Origin: Clostridia bacterium
Lineage (GTDB): Bacteria; Bacillota; Clostridia; Oscillospirales; Acutalibacteraceae
DNA: 64,000 bases
Direction: 5' to 3'
Assembly (NCBI GenBank): GCA_017407645.1
Contig: JAFQWE010000041.1
Coordinates: 723 to 64,722 of the forward strand
Shown: piece by piece, positions 54,748 to 64,000 of the stretch
How the letters are laid out: every line of letters begins with the position of its first letter
Numbering within the stretch: the first letter of the stretch is position 1
Translations under genes and position numbers: made by a program
Notes under the pieces: model-generated
The model's input: the letters and a program-made list of their open reading frames with translations, nothing else
The model's database searches: none
Told to the model about the DNA's origin: nothing

Positions 54748-55742
54748 AAAAAATTAAAGTAGCGCAGATTGGATTGAATTTGTATAGCCACTCAACTGAA
54801 ATTTGGGATAGTATAACAAAGCAAACGGATTTGTTTGAGGTTGTAGGATACGTATTGCCCGAAAATGAAAAGGAACGAATCCCCCACAAGTATGAAAAGC
54901 TCGGCGGTTTCAAGCAATTATCCCTTGAAGAAGTTCTGAACAACCCTGAGATTGAAGCCGTCACAATAGAAACCGACGAAATATATCTTACCAAATACGC
55001 TTTGATGGCGGCAAAAGCAGGTAAGCATATACATATGGAAAAACCCGGCGGTATAAATCTTAACGATTTTGAAGAGCTTATCGGTATTATGAGAAAAACG
55101 GGCAAAGTTTTTCACGTTGGATATATGTACAGATACAACCCCTTCATTCACGATTTGATAGATAAGGCAAAAAATGGTGAATTGGGTGATATAATCAGCG
55201 TTGAAGCACAAATGAACTGCTCTCATCCCAACGAGCTCCGTCAGTGGCTTAACGAATTACCCGACGGTATGATGTTCTTTTTAGGTTGTCATCTGATTGA
55301 TTTGGTGCTTCAAATTCAAGGCAAGCCCAATAAGATAATTCCTTATAACAAATGCACAGGAATGGATGGCGTAATTTCCAAAGATTTCGGTATGGCTTTG
55401 TTTGAATATGATAAGGGTGTATCATTTGTCAAAACCACCGATTGTGAAATTGGCGGCTTTGACAGGCGTCAGCTTGTAGTTACGGGCACTAAGGGTACCG
55501 TTGAACTTAAACCATTGGAGCGTTACGTTACTGCCGATTTGCTTTGTACCGTAAAAACTGAACATCTATCTAACGATTGGTACAAAGAGGGCGAACATTC
55601 CCAATCTGAACCAATTAACCGTTATGATAATATGATGAAATCTTTTGCAGAGTATGTTAGCGGTGAAAAAACTAACCCTTATTCTCTTGATTATGAATTA
55701 GAATTATATAAAACAATTTTGAAATGTTGTGGTGATTTTTAA
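54744..55742 (+). CDS. Gfo/Idh/MocA family oxidoreductase
   Basis: N-terminal Rossmann fold (IKVAQIGLN), EKP motif (HMEKP), ATGA overlap with the upstream gene. Confidence 0.75.
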   Translation: MKKIKVAQIGLNLYSHSTEIWDSITKQTDLFEVVGYVLPENEKERIPHKYEKLGGFKQLSLEEVLNNPEIEAVTIETDEIYLTKYALMAAKAGKHIHMEKPGGINLNDFEELIGIMRKTGKVFHVGYMYRYNPFIHDLIDKAKNGELGDIISVEAQMNCSHPNELRQWLNELPDGMMFFLGCHLIDLVLQIQGKPNKIIPYNKCTGMDGVISKDFGMALFEYDKGVSFVKTTDCEIGGFDRRQLVVTGTKGTVELKPLERYVTADLLCTVKTEHLSNDWYKEGEHSQSEPINRYDNMMKSFAEYVSGEKTNPYSLDYELELYKTILKCCGDF

Positions 55743-56726
55743 ATGAAAGCAATTCTTGTAAATGACGATAGGTCTCTTCGTTGGGACAACGTGCCTGACC
55801 CCATTTGCAAGGCAGAAGATTGTCTTGTAAAAATCGAGGCCGCCGCTCTTAATCGCGCCGACCTTATGCAACGAGAGGGTGACTATCCTCCCCCACCCGA
55901 CTGTCCTGATTGGATGGGACTTGAAATTGCAGGCACCATCGTTGAGGTTGGCAGTGAGGCGGCAGAAAAATCCAACTGGAAGGTTGGCGACAAGGTATGC
56001 GCACTTCTTGGTGGCGGCGGTTATGCTCAGTATGCCAACATTAAATACGATATGCTTATGCCTGTGCCACAAAACTGCTCTATGATAGAAGCCGCGGCTA
56101 TACCTGAGGCTTTTGCTACCGCCTATCTTAATCTGTTTATAGAGGGAAAAATCCAAAAAGGTGACACCCTACTTATGAATGCAGGTGCAAGCGGACTTGC
56201 AAGCGTTATTATTCCTATGGCTAAAGCCTTTGGAATACGTGTGATTACAACCGTGCTTACCGATGAAATTGCAAACAACATAAAGCACCTTAATGCCGAC
56301 AGAGTTGTGGTTACAACTAAAGAGGATATTGCAGAGGTGTTAAAGGAAGAGCTTGAAAACGGTCATCCCGTTGACGTAGCAATTGACTGCCTTGGCGGTG
56401 AGATTATGGGCAAGTGCATCCATTATCTTAAACACGGCGCCCGTTGGATTATGATTGCTGCCCTTGCAGGCACAAAAACCGAAATTGACCTTAAAAACAT
56501 CTATGTAAGAAACGTAAGAATTATAGGCTCAACCTTGCGCTCGCGGACGCCCGAGGTCAAGGCTCAGATTCTTGCAGAGCTTGTAAAAAACGTGTGGCCA
56601 AAGGTAGAAAGCGGAGAAGTTAAGCCCACCATATATAAAGTTCTGCCCATTACCCAGGCAGAAGCCGCTCACGATATTCTTTACAAAGGCGAAAACGTGG
56701 GCAAGGTAGTGTTAACGGTTGAATAA
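55743..56726 (+). CDS. NAD(P)H:quinone oxidoreductase (zeta-crystallin/PIG3 type)
   Basis: LNRADLMQREGDYPPPPDCPDWMGLEIAGTIVEVG. Confidence 0.8.
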   Translation: MKAILVNDDRSLRWDNVPDPICKAEDCLVKIEAAALNRADLMQREGDYPPPPDCPDWMGLEIAGTIVEVGSEAAEKSNWKVGDKVCALLGGGGYAQYANIKYDMLMPVPQNCSMIEAAAIPEAFATAYLNLFIEGKIQKGDTLLMNAGASGLASVIIPMAKAFGIRVITTVLTDEIANNIKHLNADRVVVTTKEDIAEVLKEELENGHPVDVAIDCLGGEIMGKCIHYLKHGARWIMIAALAGTKTEIDLKNIYVRNVRIIGSTLRSRTPEVKAQILAELVKNVWPKVESGEVKPTIYKVLPITQAEAAHDILYKGENVGKVVLTVE

Positions 56727-56738
56727 ATAGGAACAGAC

Positions 56739-56775
56739 AAAAAAGCCGAAGGTCTTACGACACTTCGGCTTTTTG
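56739..56775. terminator. bidirectional terminator
   Basis: aaaaagccgaag...cttcggcttttt. Confidence 0.8.
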
Positions 56776-56804
56776 TGTTTATTTAAGCGCACTCTTTGTG
56801 ATTA

Positions 56805-58271
56805 CTAATTATTTGCTTTGTGGCGGACGGGTGCAGTATCCATTGTGATAGGTAGCACTGCATAGCCGTTTGCCTTGCAGTAGTTGATAATATCGTCAAG
56901 AGCTTCAACCGTGGTGTTTTTTCCGTAGGCATCGTGCATTAGCACAACGTTATTTCTGCCACGTCTTAATCCTTTTTTTACGTTATTATATATCGTAGAG
57001 GTTGCAACGCCGTTACCTGATGCATCACCTGAATCCACATTCCAATCAAAGTAGCTGTAGCCCGCTTCAACCGTTTTGGCGGCAAGGCGGCTCATAATTC
57101 CTACGCTGTATTTTCGGCTTGTTGTATTTGACGTACCGCCCGGAAAACGAATTATCCTTGCATCGTAGCCTGTGTCGGCAAGTATTTTGTCGTGCATAAT
57201 CTGAAGTCCGTTCATATAAGCGGCATCAGAGGCATAGCAAACGCTGTAATCGTGGTTGTAGGTGTGGATTGCAAGGGTGTGACCTTCGTCAACTATACGC
57301 TTTACAAGCGCTTTACGGCTTTCGGGATAATCAATTATAAAGAAGGTTGCCTTTACTCCGTTGCGCTTTAGAGCATCAAGCACCTTTGGTGTTATGGTAG
57401 AATTGGGGCCGTCATCAAAGGTAAGGTAAACTCTGTCGGGGCAGTCTGCCTCCATCGAGAAGATATGCACTACCCTTGTTGCAGTACCCACGTTGCCTGA
57501 TTTATCAGTAGCGGCATAGGTCAAAGTGTAGGCGCCGCATACCGCCGTATTCACGCTTCCGCTCACACTAACAGATGCAGTTACGTCACCGTCTAAATCA
57601 TCCTTTGCAGTATATCCTGCATCGGTATAGCGACTATCACGCATAACGTATATATCCGTATTGCCTTTAAGCTTGACCGTTGGGGCAACTATATCTTTAA
57701 CAGTAACCGTGCGAGTAGCCGACGAGGTGTTACCCGAAAAGTCGGTGGCAGTATAGGTTACCTTAAACACACCCTTCTTGGTTTTGGTACGGGTAGTCTT
57801 TATTTTAACGTTAGGGTCTCCTAAATCGGTTGCCGTTGCGCCCTTTTCTTTATAAAAGCTTTCAGCAGAGACGGTCATATTTTTAATGCCGTTAAGGGTG
57901 ATTACCGGAGGAGTGGTATCCACAATCTTGACCTTGCGCTCAATCACTGCAGCGCCCTCGGTAACAGAGGTATACTGCAAAATATACTCCCCTGCTTTTG
58001 CGGTGTTAACCGAACCTTTTATGACGATTTCTGAATTATCCGCACTTGTGGCGCCTTGTTCAACATACTCAGAGCCTGCTTCAAGTGTAACCTCTGCCTC
58101 GCCGACAAGATAAACCATAACGGTAGGCTCGGTACTGCTGACGGGTGCTGACTCAACACTGCTTGGTTTGTCGGATTTTGCAGACGAAGCTGCGCCCTTG
58201 TCGGACGAACATCCAAACAAAAGCAAAACCGAAAGTATACCAATCACAAGCAATGCTATTTTTCGCTTCAT
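56805..58271 (-). CDS. lipoprotein with three Ig-like (DUF5011-type) repeats and a CE4 polysaccharide deacetylase domain
   Basis: Lipobox LLFGCS. Three repeats of about 70 aa ending in ...TRTVTV/…VKIVD. YLTFDDGPN and HTYNHD. Confidence 0.85.
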   Translation of the reverse strand: MKRKIALLVIGILSVLLLFGCSSDKGAASSAKSDKPSSVESAPVSSTEPTVMVYLVGEAEVTLEAGSEYVEQGATSADNSEIVIKGSVNTAKAGEYILQYTSVTEGAAVIERKVKIVDTTPPVITLNGIKNMTVSAESFYKEKGATATDLGDPNVKIKTTRTKTKKGVFKVTYTATDFSGNTSSATRTVTVKDIVAPTVKLKGNTDIYVMRDSRYTDAGYTAKDDLDGDVTASVSVSGSVNTAVCGAYTLTYAATDKSGNVGTATRVVHIFSMEADCPDRVYLTFDDGPNSTITPKVLDALKRNGVKATFFIIDYPESRKALVKRIVDEGHTLAIHTYNHDYSVCYASDAAYMNGLQIMHDKILADTGYDARIIRFPGGTSNTTSRKYSVGIMSRLAAKTVEAGYSYFDWNVDSGDASGNGVATSTIYNNVKKGLRRGRNNVVLMHDAYGKNTTVEALDDIINYCKANGYAVLPITMDTAPVRHKANN

Positions 58272-58282
58272 TCTATGCTCCT

Positions 58283-58825
58283 TTAATAATTATCTTGTTC
58301 AACCATCTGCCGAACTTTTTTGAAGGCTTCCTCCTCACCCTCGTTAGCAAGGGTAACAAGTAAATCCTCCAACAAATCCGATGTTTCGGGGTGTATTATT
58401 CTGACAGCCTTGCCACCCAAAAAGTATTCAAGGGGATGCCGATTTGTATAATTTTTGCCTTGATAAATTTTGCTTGCGGCAACTCGGTCGCAAAACATTT
58501 CTGCCACGTATCGTGCAGGCATTTTGACGGGACTCATCACTCTTGTCTGAGGATTATAATCGGTCCAATATTCAAAATGGTGCTTATTGCGGCCTTTGTG
58601 ATGCATCCACGCGGCAGAGTAGCCTTTGTCTTTGCGTTCGCCGTCATTGGGACTGCGTGTGCCTGTGTAATACTTTATGCCTGCTGAAAATTCAACGGGG
58701 GCGTATTTTGACAGGTCGTGAAATAGACCCTGCCACAGTATGCCTGCCTTTTTACAGTGAGCAATTACTGCATGGCGGTGGCGCGTTATGGTTTTAAAAT
58801 GGTTAAATGCACTTTTAATACTCAT
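58283..58825 (-). CDS. DUF5662-like protein
   Basis: HRHAVIAHCKKAGILWQGLFHDLSKY...YSAAWMHHKGRNKHHFEYW. Confidence 0.55.
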   Translation of the reverse strand: MSIKSAFNHFKTITRHRHAVIAHCKKAGILWQGLFHDLSKYAPVEFSAGIKYYTGTRSPNDGERKDKGYSAAWMHHKGRNKHHFEYWTDYNPQTRVMSPVKMPARYVAEMFCDRVAASKIYQGKNYTNRHPLEYFLGGKAVRIIHPETSDLLEDLLVTLANEGEEEAFKKVRQMVEQDNY

Positions 58826-58829
58826 TTTC

Positions 58830-60575
58830 TTATCCTAAAATAGCGCGGTCGATAAGATGAACTTCTTCTGTTTCGCGACTTGTTTTTTCTGCATCAAAAA
58901 CTATAAGCTCATTTTTGCCTTTTTTAAGCATAAACTTAGGCACATAAAGGGTTTTAGTGGGTCCGATACGCCAATATCTGCCCAGATTAAAGCCGTTGAC
59001 AACAGCAAAGCCTTTTATATGCTCATAGCAATTAAGGAAGGTATCGTGCTCACCGTCAGCCTCAAACTCGTACTTATAAAAAGCACTTGGTGAGGCAACC
59101 TCACCCGATTTGAACTTAAGTCCGCTCAAATCTTCCATTGTAAGACGGTAGACAGTCCAACCAAAGTGAATAACACCACCAATTGTAACTCTGCCAATGA
59201 TACCCTTTTTGCGCATCATCTTACTGCCAAAGTTGGTGCGTCCCATATTTTCAACCAAAATCGTCAGCTTCTCACCAACCTGCACGTTAATGTTACAGGT
59301 GTATTTGTCATCGTTGACGTACATTACCTTAAGCAGTTTGTCGTCAACAAAAATATAGGCACGGTCACCAATATCGTCAATACGCAGTTCTTTGTCGCAA
59401 ACGGGAATATTAAACTCGGTTGTGTAGGCAATATATCCGTAGCCCTGACCGCAATCCTCCATAGGCTTAGGTACCTTGAGTTTCAGTGGATTGGGGTCAA
59501 GCACGTCTAAGTTTTCAAGTAAAGGTGCAACTTGGGTAGGCTTTAACGTGCCATAGCTTGCGGTTGGACGGTTGGCAGGAATTTGGGGTGGAGTTACACC
59601 TGTATGCTTTTTAATAACCTCTCTGACCAGACGGTATTTTTCGGTAATACTGCCGTTTTCGGTAAGAAGCGCATCGTAATCATAACTTGTAACGGTAGGT
59701 TCGTATGTTTCTTTATGGTTGGCGCCGTTCATAAATCCAAAATTGGTACCGCCGATAAACATATACATATTAGCACTGCCGATAGAGAGCATTCCGTCAA
59801 GCTCTTTAGCATAAGCCTCTGCATCGGTGGTAGCGTGTTTTTCGCCGCCCCAATGGTCAAACCAGCCGTTCCACATTTCTGCACACATTTTGGGTTGGTC
59901 GGGGTATAGTTTTTGCTGAGTTTCAAATCGCCACGGATCAAGAGTGCCGAAATTCAATGTGCAAAGGCAATCCTTCTGTGTGCCGTTAAGCACATTCCAC
60001 TCTGAACTGCCGTCAGAGGTAAACAAGGGAACATCTATCCCCCGTCTGCGATAGCCTGCATAAAGATAGTCAAGATACTCCTTGTCGTCACCGTAGTAGC
60101 CGTACTCATTTTCAACCTGCATCATAATTACAGGGCCGCCGTTGGTAACAAGAAAAGGCTTGACAATACCAAGAACTTTATCAAGATAGCGGTCAAAACA
60201 CTCAAGATAAGGCTTATTCATACATCTGATTTCCATACCCTCAATGGTTTGAAGCCACCAAGGCAATCCGCCAAATTCCCACTCGGCACAAATATATGGA
60301 CCGGGGCGGACTATCACCATAAGTCCTTTTTGATCGGCAAGTCGGATAAACTGGGCAATATCAAGGTTATCCTCAAAATTATATTCGTTCGGCTTAGGCT
60401 CATGCAAATTCCAAGCACAGTAGGTCTCTACACAGTTACAGCCAAGAGCAACAAGCTTTTGCAAAACATCATCCCAATATCCCTTGGGGTTACGAAAATA
60501 ATGCACTGCGCCCGAAATGATTTTTATGGGTTTGCCGTCTTTTAAAAACTCACCTTTACCGATTTCGAAAGTCAT
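58830..60575 (-). CDS. beta-galactosidase, glycoside hydrolase family 35
   Basis: YCAWNLHEP, PYICAEWEFGGLPWWL, MMQVENEYG. Confidence 0.9.
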   Translation of the reverse strand: MTFEIGKGEFLKDGKPIKIISGAVHYFRNPKGYWDDVLQKLVALGCNCVETYCAWNLHEPKPNEYNFEDNLDIAQFIRLADQKGLMVIVRPGPYICAEWEFGGLPWWLQTIEGMEIRCMNKPYLECFDRYLDKVLGIVKPFLVTNGGPVIMMQVENEYGYYGDDKEYLDYLYAGYRRRGIDVPLFTSDGSSEWNVLNGTQKDCLCTLNFGTLDPWRFETQQKLYPDQPKMCAEMWNGWFDHWGGEKHATTDAEAYAKELDGMLSIGSANMYMFIGGTNFGFMNGANHKETYEPTVTSYDYDALLTENGSITEKYRLVREVIKKHTGVTPPQIPANRPTASYGTLKPTQVAPLLENLDVLDPNPLKLKVPKPMEDCGQGYGYIAYTTEFNIPVCDKELRIDDIGDRAYIFVDDKLLKVMYVNDDKYTCNINVQVGEKLTILVENMGRTNFGSKMMRKKGIIGRVTIGGVIHFGWTVYRLTMEDLSGLKFKSGEVASPSAFYKYEFEADGEHDTFLNCYEHIKGFAVVNGFNLGRYWRIGPTKTLYVPKFMLKKGKNELIVFDAEKTSRETEEVHLIDRAILG

Positions 60576-60587
60576 ATTATCACCTGT

Positions 60588-63323
60588 TTAGTTTTTGTTT
60601 TTGCCACAGCAACGCTTATATTTAAGTCCGCTGCCGCAAGGGCAAGGTCCGTTAAGTGAATAGCCTTTAGGGGCGGCTTTTGCAGTGCCACCTTCGTTTG
60701 CGGCGCCCTCGCCCGTTATTTTAGCAACCTGCTTACGTTCAATTTGTTCACCTGTTCTTATTTCAAAAATAAGCAACATTTTTGTGGTGTCTCTGTGAAT
60801 GTTGGCAACCATTTCGCTAAACATATCGTCACCGTCGTGGCGGTATTCATCAACGGGATTGTGCTGACCGTAGGCACGCAGTCCAATACCGCGACGAAGT
60901 TCATCCATTGCGTCGATATGGTCCATCCAGTTGGTGTCAACCGACTGAAGCAGAACCTTACGCTCAACGTCGTCAACGATAGTCTCGCCATACTTTGTGC
61001 GCTTGGCGGCAACAATTTCAAGAGCGCGGTTATAAAGAAGCTCAACAACGTCCTTTTGCTCTAACAAATCAAGTTCTTCGTTAGTGTATTTGAAATCGTC
61101 CTCTTTTGTGAGCCAGCCAAGATAGAAGTCGCGAAGTCCGTCAAGATTCCAATCGGTTGTAAACTCGGCATCGGTAAATTCCTCAACGGTGCGCTCGATT
61201 GAACGAAGCATAATCTTTTCAACCGTTTCGGTCATATCCTTGCCGTCAAGCACTTCGTTACGCTGACCGTAAATAACCTCGCGCTGACGGTTCATTACGT
61301 CGTCATATTCAAGGACGCTCTTACGTGATGCAAAGTTGCGGAGCTCCACTCTTTCCTGCGCGGTTTCGATGGTGTTTGAAAGCATTTTGAGCTCAAGAGG
61401 AGTGTTTTCATCCAAATTCAAGGTGCTCATTATGTTATAAATTCTTTCGCCGCCGAAAAGACGCATCAAATCATCTTCCATTGATACGAAGAAGCGGGTA
61501 TTACCGGGGTCACCCTGACGACCTGCACGGCCGCGAAGCTGATTGTCGATACGGCGTGATTCGTGGCGCTCTGTACCCAGAATACAAAGACCGCCTGCCT
61601 GACGCACTGCCTCGGCTTCGGGAGCAATTTCCTCTTTAAACTGCTTAAGAAGGGCAGCAAATTGCTGCCTTGCCTCTAAAATTTCAGTATTCTTGGTTTC
61701 GGCAAAGCCTGTTGCCTCTACAATCAATTCTTCACTGTAGCCAAGCTTACGCATTTGTGCCTTGGCAAGATATTCGGCGTTACCGCCAAGCATAATATCG
61801 GTACCGCGGCCTGCCATATTGGTCGCAATTGTAACGGCGCCTTTTTTACCTGCCTGAGCAATAATCTCTGCCTCTTTATCGTGGTATTTAGCGTTAAGTA
61901 CCTCGTGCTTGATGCCCCGTGCCTTAAGAAGCTTGCTTAACAGTTCGGATTTTTCAATTGAAATTGTACCAACCAAAACAGGCTGACCTTTTTGGTTGCA
62001 CTCAATTATTCTTTCGATTACCGCATTGAATTTAGCACGCTCGGTTTTGTAAACCACGTCGTGCTCGTCCTGTCTGATAAGGGGCTTATTGGTGGGGATT
62101 TCAATAACGTCAAGAGCATAAATCTCTCTGAATTCGGTTTCCTCCGTCATAGCGGTACCCGTCATACCTGACAGTTTCTTGTAAAGACGGAAATAATTCT
62201 GGAAGGTAATAGTTGCAAGGGTGCGTGATTCCTGAGCAATCTGCACGCCCTCTTTTGCTTCAATAGCCTGATGGAGCCCCTCGTTATAACGGCGGCCGTA
62301 CATAAGGCGGCCTGTAAACTCGTCAACAATGATAACCTCGCCGTCTTTGACAACATAGTCGATGTCAAGGTTCATTACGCCGTGTGCCTTGATTGCCTGA
62401 TTTACGTGGTGAGAGATTGTAACGTTATCAACACTGTTAAGGTTGTCAATATTAAAATACTTTTCTGCCTTGGCGGTGCCCGATGCGGTAAGAACAGCAG
62501 TTCTTGCCTTTTCATCAACAACGTAGTCACCGTCATACTGTGCCTCACTGTCGGCAACCTTGGAGTCCATCTCGCGCACCTTACACATACGGAGGGTGCG
62601 GACAAATCGGTCGGCACGCTGATAAAGGTCACTGCTTTCGTCACCTTGACCTGATATGATAAGGGGTGTTCTTGCCTCGTCGATAAGGATAGAGTCAACC
62701 TCGTCAACAATGGCAAAGTTGTGACCGCGCTGAACCTTTTGCTCTTTATAAACCACCATATTGTCGCGCAGATAGTCAAAGCCCATTTCGTTGTTGGTAC
62801 CGTAGGTTATATCTGCAGCGTAGGCTTTGCGGCGCTCTTCATTATTCATTCCGTGAACGATAAGTCCAACCGATAAGCCTAAGAATCGGTAAACCTTGCC
62901 CATCCATTCACTGTCCCGTCGGGCAAGATAATCGTTAACTGTAACAATATGCACACCTTTGCCTGAGATGGCGTTAAGGTATGCAGGCAGGGTTGCAACC
63001 AAGGTTTTACCCTCACCTGTGCGCATTTCACCGATTCTTCCCTGATGGAGCACGATGCCGCCCACAATCTGCACGGGATAGTGGCGCATACCAAGTACAC
63101 GGTCACTTGCCTCGCGGCAGACGGCAAAGGCTTCAGGTAATATACTGTCAAGGCTTTCGCCTGATTCATAACGCTCTTTAAAATCCTCTGTAAGCTGTCT
63201 TAACTCATCATCGGTTTTTTCACGCATTACGTCTTCATAAGAAAGCACGCTTTCAAGTATGGGATTGATGCGTTTTAACTCTTTTTTAGAATAATTTTTA
63301 GCAAGCAATTTAACTAAATTCAT
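60588..63323 (-). CDS. secA: preprotein translocase ATPase SecA
   Basis: Full-length SecA blocks ([24 protein letters not shown]) and a C-terminal zinc motif [14 protein letters not shown]. Confidence 0.95.
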   Translation of the reverse strand: MNLVKLLAKNYSKKELKRINPILESVLSYEDVMREKTDDELRQLTEDFKERYESGESLDSILPEAFAVCREASDRVLGMRHYPVQIVGGIVLHQGRIGEMRTGEGKTLVATLPAYLNAISGKGVHIVTVNDYLARRDSEWMGKVYRFLGLSVGLIVHGMNNEERRKAYAADITYGTNNEMGFDYLRDNMVVYKEQKVQRGHNFAIVDEVDSILIDEARTPLIISGQGDESSDLYQRADRFVRTLRMCKVREMDSKVADSEAQYDGDYVVDEKARTAVLTASGTAKAEKYFNIDNLNSVDNVTISHHVNQAIKAHGVMNLDIDYVVKDGEVIIVDEFTGRLMYGRRYNEGLHQAIEAKEGVQIAQESRTLATITFQNYFRLYKKLSGMTGTAMTEETEFREIYALDVIEIPTNKPLIRQDEHDVVYKTERAKFNAVIERIIECNQKGQPVLVGTISIEKSELLSKLLKARGIKHEVLNAKYHDKEAEIIAQAGKKGAVTIATNMAGRGTDIMLGGNAEYLAKAQMRKLGYSEELIVEATGFAETKNTEILEARQQFAALLKQFKEEIAPEAEAVRQAGGLCILGTERHESRRIDNQLRGRAGRQGDPGNTRFFVSMEDDLMRLFGGERIYNIMSTLNLDENTPLELKMLSNTIETAQERVELRNFASRKSVLEYDDVMNRQREVIYGQRNEVLDGKDMTETVEKIMLRSIERTVEEFTDAEFTTDWNLDGLRDFYLGWLTKEDDFKYTNEELDLLEQKDVVELLYNRALEIVAAKRTKYGETIVDDVERKVLLQSVDTNWMDHIDAMDELRRGIGLRAYGQHNPVDEYRHDGDDMFSEMVANIHRDTTKMLLIFEIRTGEQIERKQVAKITGEGAANEGGTAKAAPKGYSLNGPCPCGSGLKYKRCCGKNKN

Positions 63324-63472
63324 TTTTAGCGCCTCTCGGTTATATATTTAGTAATCGGGGTTTAAATAACATTTACCCCATTGTGAAACAGTATATCACA
63401 CTTTGCACTAAAAATAAAGGGTCTTTTGCAGACATTATTTTATTTTTTTCGTCATTTTTAGCGCTAAAACTA

Positions 63473-64000
<528 letters not shown>

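Noticed and set aside
63382-63400. Palindrome TGTGA-N9-TCACA between secA and gdhA as a CRP/FNR-type site.
   Set aside because: The spacing does not fit the N6 of CRP/FNR-family sites, and there is no second copy or supporting context.

Overview
This looks like a chromosomal segment from a spore-forming Firmicute with a Clostridia-type gene set. By eye the G+C is moderate, except for a very AT-rich left edge.

Core genes:
- spoIIE
- the ctsR-mcsA-mcsB-clpC operon with textbook CtsR operators
- ackA and tmcAL
- pflB-pflA behind a ZTP (pfl-motif) riboswitch
- secA
- a YebC-family regulator
- a partial gdhA

Between these lie carbohydrate-use islands, most paired with an AraC regulator:
- an arabinose-isomerase-like gene
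- a GH57 gene
- an operon of CE2-type esterases, GH43 and GH30
- nucleoside hydrolase plus ribokinase
- GH35

The window also holds two large secreted surface proteins (a BspA-type LRR protein and a cell-wall-binding-repeat protein), an LCP/glycosyltransferase-like pair, and an oxidoreductase / type-I-dehydroquinase-like cluster.

Mobile or accessory content:
- an AT-rich segment at the left edge that carries TnpV and abuts a 3'-truncated spoVAD
- one IS200 copy
- a REP-like intergenic repeat family (4 copies)
- several hairpin terminators that recur verbatim

I saw no rRNA, tRNA or CRISPR array, and no clear-cut defence system.

The most noteworthy items are:
- an unusually short glycyl radical enzyme with its activase, co-transcribed with a glycosidase
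- the broken and split spoVA locus
- two adjacent genes wrapped in identical promoter and terminator modules next to IS200
- the structured repeat family

All functional calls rest on motif recognition from memory, not on database searches.
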